Below, one piece after another: positions 58,262 through 64,000 of a stretch of DNA of 64,000 bases (positions are counted from its first letter, which is position 1; every line of letters begins with the position of its first letter). The position numbers and the translations under genes are program-made. Where the stretch lies: positions 2,624,001-2,688,000 of the forward strand of contig OY761159.2 of the NCBI GenBank assembly GCA_963664395.2, given 5' to 3'. Under the pieces are notes generated by a model. The model saw only the letters and a program-made list of their open reading frames with translations, ran no database searches and had not been told where the DNA came from. This stretch comes from Candidatus Binatia bacterium. GTDB lineage: Bacteria; Desulfobacterota; Binatia; Bin18.

Positions 58262-59422
58262 TCAGCTCCTCAGCAGGTTTGCGGCAATGGTTTTGAGTTG
58301 CATATTCGAGGTGCCCTCATAGATTTTGCCGATCTTGGCGTCCCGGTAGAACTTCTCGGCTGGATAATCTTTGGTAAAGCCCACCCCACCGAAAATCTCC
58401 AGGGAGCGGGAGGCGACCCGTTCACCGACTTGCGAGCAAAAGAATTTCGTCATGGCGGCCGAATTGGCAAACGGCTGTCCACTCTCTTTCAGGCGGGCCG
58501 TGTTATACACCATCAGCCGCGCGGCTTCGATTTCGGTTGCCAGCTCGGCCAACTCAAACTGGATGGCCTGAAAATCCGCAACCGCCCGCCCAAACTGTGA
58601 GCGCCCCTTGGCATAGCCAAGGGCACAGTCGAAGGCTCCCTGGGCCAGGCCGGTCATTTGCGCCCCAATCCCAATCCGGCCTTCGTTCAGCGTCTCAATA
58701 GCGACTTTATAGCCCTGGCCGACCTCTCCCACGACCTGACTGCGCGGCACCCGGACGTCTTCGAGAATCAGCTCGCAGGTCGAGCTGGCGCGAATGCCCA
58801 GTTTGTCTTCTTTTTTCCCGACACTGAAACCCGGCATATCGCGTTCGACCATGAAGGCGGTTACGCCCTTATAGCCCTTGTCCGGGTCGGCATTGGCAAA
58901 GAGCAAATACACCCCGGCTTCTGCGCCATTGGTGGTCCACATCTTCTGGCCGTTCAACACAAATGTGTCACCGTCCAGCCGCGCACGGGTCTGCATGGCA
59001 AAGGCGTCGCTCCCGGAACCGGACTCAGACAGGGAATAGGCCCCGACCGTGTCTGTGGCCAAACGAGGAAAAAACCGGGCTTTTTGGTCAGGATTGAGCC
59101 ACCGGACGAGGGCATTGTTGACCAGGGTATTCTGGACATCAACACAGGTGGCGACCGCCGGATCAATACGCGCCAACTCTTCAATGGCCAGAATCGACAT
59201 GAAGAAACTGGCCTCCGCGCCCCCATAGACGGCCGGGATTTCGATGCCCATAACCCCCAGGTCAAAAAGTTGGGCGATCAGCTCAGGCGGGATTTTGGCC
59301 GCGCGGTCCATGTCCATGACGTGGGGTTTGATCTGTTCCTCGGCGAACTCCCGCACCATCGTCCGAAACAATTCCTCTTCCTCACTCAGCGTCACCAGAG
59401 GTAGATGCAGTGCTTGATCCAT
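58262..59422 (-). CDS. Acyl-CoA dehydrogenase (short/branched-chain-like)
   Basis: LSESGSGSDA, NGQKMWTTN, KLGIRAS, LNEGRIGI, FGGVGF, YEGTSN. Confidence 0.94.
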   Translation of the reverse strand: MDQALHLPLVTLSEEEELFRTMVREFAEEQIKPHVMDMDRAAKIPPELIAQLFDLGVMGIEIPAVYGGAEASFFMSILAIEELARIDPAVATCVDVQNTLVNNALVRWLNPDQKARFFPRLATDTVGAYSLSESGSGSDAFAMQTRARLDGDTFVLNGQKMWTTNGAEAGVYLLFANADPDKGYKGVTAFMVERDMPGFSVGKKEDKLGIRASSTCELILEDVRVPRSQVVGEVGQGYKVAIETLNEGRIGIGAQMTGLAQGAFDCALGYAKGRSQFGRAVADFQAIQFELAELATEIEAARLMVYNTARLKESGQPFANSAAMTKFFCSQVGERVASRSLEIFGGVGFTKDYPAEKFYRDAKIGKIYEGTSNMQLKTIAANLLRS

Positions 59423-59550
59423 ATGGATATTTCCCCCCCCCCCGTCTGGTTGGATAGCGTCATTGTTGGCACGTTGCTTCCCGGATGTCCAGCCGGTATA
59501 TCTCCAACATATCATCAAGAGGAAAACGCTCCCGGAAAGCTCCTATTGCC

Positions 59551-60121
59551 ATGAAAATCGGACTCATTGCTGACTCGCATATCCCTGAAGCCATGCCCGA
59601 ACTCCCGAGCCAAGTGCGGACGGTATTCGCCGGTGTTGACCTGATTGTCCACGCCGGTGATCTGCACTGCCTTGAAGTGCTGGACTGGCTCGAAGCGCTC
59701 GCGCCGGTGGTGGCGTGTCGGGGTAATGGCGACGAAGGCTCAGGTGGACGCGCCAGTCGTCCCGGACGATCCCCGGCTGCACGAGACCGTCGTGACGCAG
59801 TGCGCCGGCTACACGTTGGGGCTGGTGCACGATGTGCTTGATCCGAACGAATATCCGCATTGGCCTATTGAGCGGACGATGGAGCGGGCTTTTGGCCGTC
59901 GGACTGATATTATTGTCTGCGGCCATACCCATATCGAGCGTATCCAACGCTACGCTGATGTCTTGGTCATTAATCCCGGCAGTCCGACCTATCCGCACAA
60001 TTATTCGGCTCAGCCAGGTACGGTTGGCATGCTGACCCTGGAAGAGGGTGGTGGCGGCACGGTTGAGATCATAGATCTCAAGACGCTTGCCGTGTTGCCG
60101 GAATTTTCGACGGTTTTTTGA
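59551..60121 (+). pseudogene. YfcE-like metallophosphoesterase with a +1 frameshift near 59752
   Basis: Frame 1: MKIGLIADSH..HAGD..RGNGD; second frame: LVHD..CGHTH..INPGSP. One extra base joins them. Confidence 0.8.
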
Positions 60122-60153
60122 CCTGGAGGGCGTGTCCCAGGCACCATGACCTT

Positions 60154-61167
60154 TTACCCACCCAAACTAATCATCTCGATTTTTTTATGCTCTTTGGGGT
60201 CGTAGCCGGCGCCCGAACGCAGGGCGGTCAGACGTTCTTCCGAGTAGCGGTCCGTCCGTTGGAGCCAGACCTTTTGCAGTACGCCGAGCAGCGTGTCATC
60301 GCTGGCCCCACCGCGTAGCAGGACCTTGAGATTATGGCCGGTGTTGGCAAAGAGACAGGTCACGAGTCGGCCGTCTGCGGTCAGCCGCGCGCGCGTACAA
60401 GACGAACAGAACGGCTCCGTGACCGAGGCGATCACCCCAATATCACCGCTGCCATCGACGCATTGATAATCCACCGAGGGGGCGCTGCCGCCCTTGCGGC
60501 CTATTTCCCGCAGGGGAAAGCGCGTGTTGATAATGTCCAGGATTTCTTGCTTGGGCACGATGGTGTCCGACTGCCAGTGATTGACATTGCCCACATCCAT
60601 GAACTCAATGAAACGGATGGCAAAGCCATGCTCAAGCGAGAAGGTTACCAGATCGATAATCTCGTCGTCATTCACCCCGCGTTCGATCACCGCATTGAGC
60701 TTAATCGGCGAGAACCCGTGTTCCTTGGCTACAAACAGGCCGTGCAAAACTTTCTGCAAGTCGCCACGCTTGGTGATGCGTCGAAAACGCTCGGGTTTGA
60801 GGCTGTCGAGGCTGACGTTGATGCGACGCAGGCCGGCCGCTTTGAGTAATTGAGCTTTTTCAGCCAGGGTTGAGGCATTGGTCGTCAGGCAAATGTCGCG
60901 TAGACCGTCGATGGCGGACAGGCTGGCGACAAGTTGCTCAAGGTCCCGCCGCGCCAGGGGTTCGCCCCCGGTCAAACGAATCTTTTCGACTCCAAGCTGA
61001 ACAAATAAGCGGGCCAGCCGCGTAATTTCTTCAAACGTCAGCACTTCGCTTTTGGCGAGCCAGTCATAGTCGTCCAGCGGCATGCAATAGGTGCAGCGGA
61101 AGTTGCACCGGTCGGTGACGGAAATACGCAGGTCCTTGACCGGGCGTTGCAGTGTGTCGAGCAGCAT
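60154..61167 (-). CDS. moaA: GTP 3',8-cyclase MoaA
   Basis: LRISVTDRCNFRCTYCMP, RLTGGEP, FCSSCTRARLTADG..C, terminal SLGG. Confidence 0.97.
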   Translation of the reverse strand: MLLDTLQRPVKDLRISVTDRCNFRCTYCMPLDDYDWLAKSEVLTFEEITRLARLFVQLGVEKIRLTGGEPLARRDLEQLVASLSAIDGLRDICLTTNASTLAEKAQLLKAAGLRRINVSLDSLKPERFRRITKRGDLQKVLHGLFVAKEHGFSPIKLNAVIERGVNDDEIIDLVTFSLEHGFAIRFIEFMDVGNVNHWQSDTIVPKQEILDIINTRFPLREIGRKGGSAPSVDYQCVDGSGDIGVIASVTEPFCSSCTRARLTADGRLVTCLFANTGHNLKVLLRGGASDDTLLGVLQKVWLQRTDRYSEERLTALRSGAGYDPKEHKKIEMISLGG

Positions 61168-61241
61168 GCAATCTCCTTAGGGCTGCCTATTATAATGATT
61201 TTGTGGGCTGAGCCAAGGTGATCCGAGTGAGAAAATTTTGT

Positions 61242-61270
61242 TTGACATATTGATGTCTGGTTCATATGTG
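61242..61270 (+). promoter_or_regulatory. Probable vapBC promoter with overlapping operator palindrome
   Basis: TTGACA-N17-TATGTG ends 7 nt before the ATG (leaderless-like); GACAT-attg-ATGTC palindrome overlaps the -35. Confidence 0.5.
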
Positions 61271-61277
61271 TTGATGC

Positions 61278-61529
61278 ATGCGGACAACTATCCGACTCGA
61301 TGATGAACTGCTGGCCTCAACCAAGCAACTCGCCCTCCAAACGGGGCGCACTCTGACCGCAGTCATCGAAGATGCGCTGCGGGAAGTGTTGGCTCGACAT
61401 AAAAACCAGCAGAAAAAAACACGGGTCCGCCTCACAACCGTCAAGGGGAAAGGGCTGTTGCCGGGCGTTGACCTTGATGCTGCTGCCTCGCTGGCCGACC
61501 TGATGGAGCAGGAAGATGCTACTCCCTGA
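61278..61529 (+). CDS. vapB: VapB-like RHH antitoxin
   Basis: MRTTIRLDDELL...GRTLTAVIEDALR; overlaps the PIN gene. Confidence 0.88.
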   Translation: MRTTIRLDDELLASTKQLALQTGRTLTAVIEDALREVLARHKNQQKKTRVRLTTVKGKGLLPGVDLDAAASLADLMEQEDATP

Positions 61530-61944
61530 TGTGAATGTGCTGGTATACGCCCACCGGGAAGACGCGCCCGACTATACACAATATCGGGCCTGGCTCGAAG
61601 ACCCCCTCAATAGTGACCAGGCCTATGGGATGGCGGAGCTTGTCCTGAGTGGTTTCCTGAGGATAGTCACCCCCTCTCGCATTTTTAATCCACCCAGCCC
61701 GCTGGCCTCGGCGCTCCGATTCGTGGAGGAGGTCAGACGGCCGGCGCACTGTGTCATCGTGCGCCCCGGTCCGCGGCATTGGGGGATTTTTACCCGGCTG
61801 TGCCGGACCGTAAATGCGAAAGGGAATCTCATTCCTGATGCCTATTTCGCTGCCCTCGCCCTTGAGTCGGGTAGTGAATGGATCACAACCGATCGGGACT
61901 TCAGCCGCTTCCCCCAGCTTCGGTGGCGGCACCCGTTTGACTAG
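61516..61944 (+). CDS. vapC: VapC PIN-domain toxin
   Basis: PDVNVLVYA, GNLIPDAYFAALA, TTDRDF. Confidence 0.92.
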   Translation: MLLPDVNVLVYAHREDAPDYTQYRAWLEDPLNSDQAYGMAELVLSGFLRIVTPSRIFNPPSPLASALRFVEEVRRPAHCVIVRPGPRHWGIFTRLCRTVNAKGNLIPDAYFAALALESGSEWITTDRDFSRFPQLRWRHPFD

Positions 61945-62031
61945 CCACCAGGCATACCCGTAAGCGGACGCGTTGCCGGTATCCATAGCTGTCGGCTAAG
62001 ATGACCCGGCTTTTCAGAGGAGGACGAACGC

Positions 62032-62793
62032 ATGCGTATCAAAGACAAAGTTGCGCTGGTGACCGGCGGTAGTCGAGGCATAGGTCGGGCGATTTGCTTG
62101 CGCCTGGCTGAGGAGGGCGCGAAAGTCGCCATCGCCGATATCCTGGAAGACGAAGCCCGGAAAACGGCCGGCGATATCCTGGCCACAGGCGGGCAGGCAC
62201 AAGTGGTGAAGACCGATGTGACCCAACTCGATCAGGTCCGGGCCTGCGTCAGACAGGTGACGGATACGTGGGGAGCGATTGACGTGCTGGTGAATAATGC
62301 CGGTTGGGACAAGATAGAGCCCTTTCTCCAAAGCGAGCCCGAGACCTGGGATAAGGTGATCGCGATTAATCTGCGCGGTCCGATTAATTTTTGCCATACG
62401 GTGGCAGCCCAAATGGCTGAGCGCGGCCAGGGTAAGATCATCTCGATCAGCTCGGATGCCGGCCGGGTCGGCTCGACCGGAGAAGCGGTCTATTCCGCCT
62501 GTAAAGCCGGGATTATCGGCTTTTCCAAAACGCTGGCGCGTGAGCTGGCTCGTTCTCAGGTCAATGTCAACGTCGTGTGTCCCGGTCCCACGGATACGGC
62601 GTTGCTACAGCAGGTTTCGTTAGGGGAAAAGGGAGCCAAGATTATCAACGCCATGACCCGCGCGGTCCCGTTTCGTCGTTTGGGCCAACCCGAAGAAATT
62701 GCAAACGCAGTCGCGTTTTTTGCCTCGCCGGATGCGGATTTTGTGACAGGCCAGGTCTTGTCTGTCAGCGGTGGGCTGACCATGGCAGGCTAG
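62032..62793 (+). CDS. SDR oxidoreductase (BadH/2-hydroxycyclohexanecarboxyl-CoA dehydrogenase-like)
   Basis: TGGSRGIG, NNAGWD, SSDAGRVGSTGEAVYSACK, CPGPTDT, SVSGGLTM. Confidence 0.88.
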   Translation: MRIKDKVALVTGGSRGIGRAICLRLAEEGAKVAIADILEDEARKTAGDILATGGQAQVVKTDVTQLDQVRACVRQVTDTWGAIDVLVNNAGWDKIEPFLQSEPETWDKVIAINLRGPINFCHTVAAQMAERGQGKIISISSDAGRVGSTGEAVYSACKAGIIGFSKTLARELARSQVNVNVVCPGPTDTALLQQVSLGEKGAKIINAMTRAVPFRRLGQPEEIANAVAFFASPDADFVTGQVLSVSGGLTMAG

Positions 62794-62812
62794 AGCCGAA
62801 GGGAATACACGC

Positions 62813-63598
62813 GTGCGTTTTGCAAACAAAGTGGCTCTTATCACCGGTTCTTCGCGGGGCATAGGCCGGGCGATTGCCCTGCGACTGGCGTCTGAAGGGG
62901 CAAGGATTGTTGTGAATTACCGCCGGAATAGGGCCGAAGCGGAAGCGGTTGCCGACGAGATCAAAAAGCGTGGTTCTGAGGCGCTGCCGGTTCAGGCTGA
63001 CCTGAGTGACGGCGAGACGGTGCGGGCGATGTTTCAGCAGGTGAAAGAGACGTTCGGCTGTCTGGATATTTTGGTCGCCAATGCTGCGGCCACCGCCTTT
63101 CGGCCGCTGTTGCGCCAGGGCGAACACAATGTGACCCGGACCTTTGATCTCACCATTACCGGCACCCTGGTTGCCGTGCAGGAAGCGGTGCCCTTGATGG
63201 CCGGTCGCCAGGGAAAAATCGTCACCATATCCGGCATCGATTCCTTACGTATGCTGGCCGGCCACGGCTTGCTGGGTGCGGCCAAAGCCGCCTTGGAAAA
63301 CCTGACGATGTATCTGGCGCACGAACTCGGCCCGCGCGGGATTGCCGTCAACGGCATTAACCCCGGCCTGATTCAGACCGACTCGGCCAAAATGTACGCG
63401 GGCGGGCAGGCTGCCTATGCGCAGTATGAACGCGATGTCATTCCCCAGACACCGGCCGGGCGGACGGGCCGGCCGGAAGATATTGCCGCGGTGGCCGCCT
63501 TTCTGTGCTCCGAGGATGCCGATTTTATTCGCGGCCAGACCCTGCTCGTGGACGGTGGGTTGTTGTCCTCGTCTATTGCGAGTCGGGAGCGTGAATAG
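62813..63598 (+). CDS. SDR oxidoreductase (FabL-like enoyl reductase)
   Basis: TGSSRGIG, VANAAATAFRP, GAAKAALE, RGQTLLVDGG. Confidence 0.85.
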   Translation: MRFANKVALITGSSRGIGRAIALRLASEGARIVVNYRRNRAEAEAVADEIKKRGSEALPVQADLSDGETVRAMFQQVKETFGCLDILVANAAATAFRPLLRQGEHNVTRTFDLTITGTLVAVQEAVPLMAGRQGKIVTISGIDSLRMLAGHGLLGAAKAALENLTMYLAHELGPRGIAVNGINPGLIQTDSAKMYAGGQAAYAQYERDVIPQTPAGRTGRPEDIAAVAAFLCSEDADFIRGQTLLVDGGLLSSSIASRERE

Positions 63599-63658
63599 TA
63601 AGGAGAGATATCAAACTTCGCCCGAGTGATATGACTGGGAAAAGAGGAGGGCCGTCCT

Positions 63659-64000
63659 ATGGCTGAACACATCAAGGTCAAAATCAAACCACTCACCGCC
63701 GAAGCATTTGCGCCGTACGGTACAGTCCTGGAACGGAAAAAGCTGGTCTATCCCGAGGTCGAAGAAGGCAAGGTGGCCATGGAAATGCTGTCGTTTCAGT
63801 ATCGACCCAACGCCAGAATCATGGATCAAATGGCCATCCATTTTTCCTACAACCAGACCTTTATTCCCGTACAGGGTTCTCTGATTCTGGTCGTCGCCCC
63901 GCCCCCCGGCAGCCGTGAGGGAGGCCCTGAGGAATATACGCTTGATTATGACAACGTGGCAGCTTTTAATGTCGATCCCGGTCAGGCTGCCTTTATCTAT
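63659..64000 (+). CDS. Ureidoglycolate lyase-like cupin (partial, runs off window end)
   Basis: RBS GAGGAGG; MAEHIKVKIKPLTAEAFAPYG...H..YNQTFIP...LVVAPP...AF.VDPGQ. Confidence 0.75.
   Translation, partial: MAEHIKVKIKPLTAEAFAPYGTVLERKKLVYPEVEEGKVAMEMLSFQYRPNARIMDQMAIHFSYNQTFIPVQGSLILVVAPPPGSREGGPEEYTLDYDNVAAFNVDPGQAAFIY

Noticed and set aside
61168-61240. Moco riboswitch upstream of moaA
   Set aside because: The leader is too short. A TATAAT lies about 25 nt upstream of the ATG on the minus strand, and no recognisable riboswitch structure is present.

Overview
This is a GC-rich bacterial chromosomal segment. The many LLM flavin monooxygenases, CoA transferases and SDRs resemble uncultured Binatia/Tectomicrobia-like deltaproteobacteria, but that assignment is inference. 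About 55 CDS are supported: a TetR-MMPL/RND-LolA-like-(AMIN+beta-barrel) transport operon; tandem paralog pairs (CoA transferases, LLMs, small 6-Cys secreted proteins); an SDR-E1alpha-E1beta-E2 operon whose E2 carries a C-terminal OsmC-like two-Cys domain and which has no E3 gene; a Co-type nitrile hydratase cluster; Uma2, HicBA and VapBC modules; housekeeping genes (murJ, uup, leuCD, moaA, ybbN); and an AT-richer ~10-kb defence island. The island encodes a SNF2 helicase, a small protein, a RloC-like zinc-hook ABC ATPase with a HEPN-like motif, and type III Mod and Res. No rRNA, tRNA, CRISPR array, integrase or transposase was recognised. The best candidates for new biology are the E2-OsmC fusion complex, the SNF2/RloC-like/type III R-M island, the secreted proteins with mirror-symmetric Cys spacing, a gene flanked by a duplicated promoter, and a catalytically dead alpha/beta-hydrolase paired with an LLM. 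All calls come from reading motifs by eye, with no database searches.
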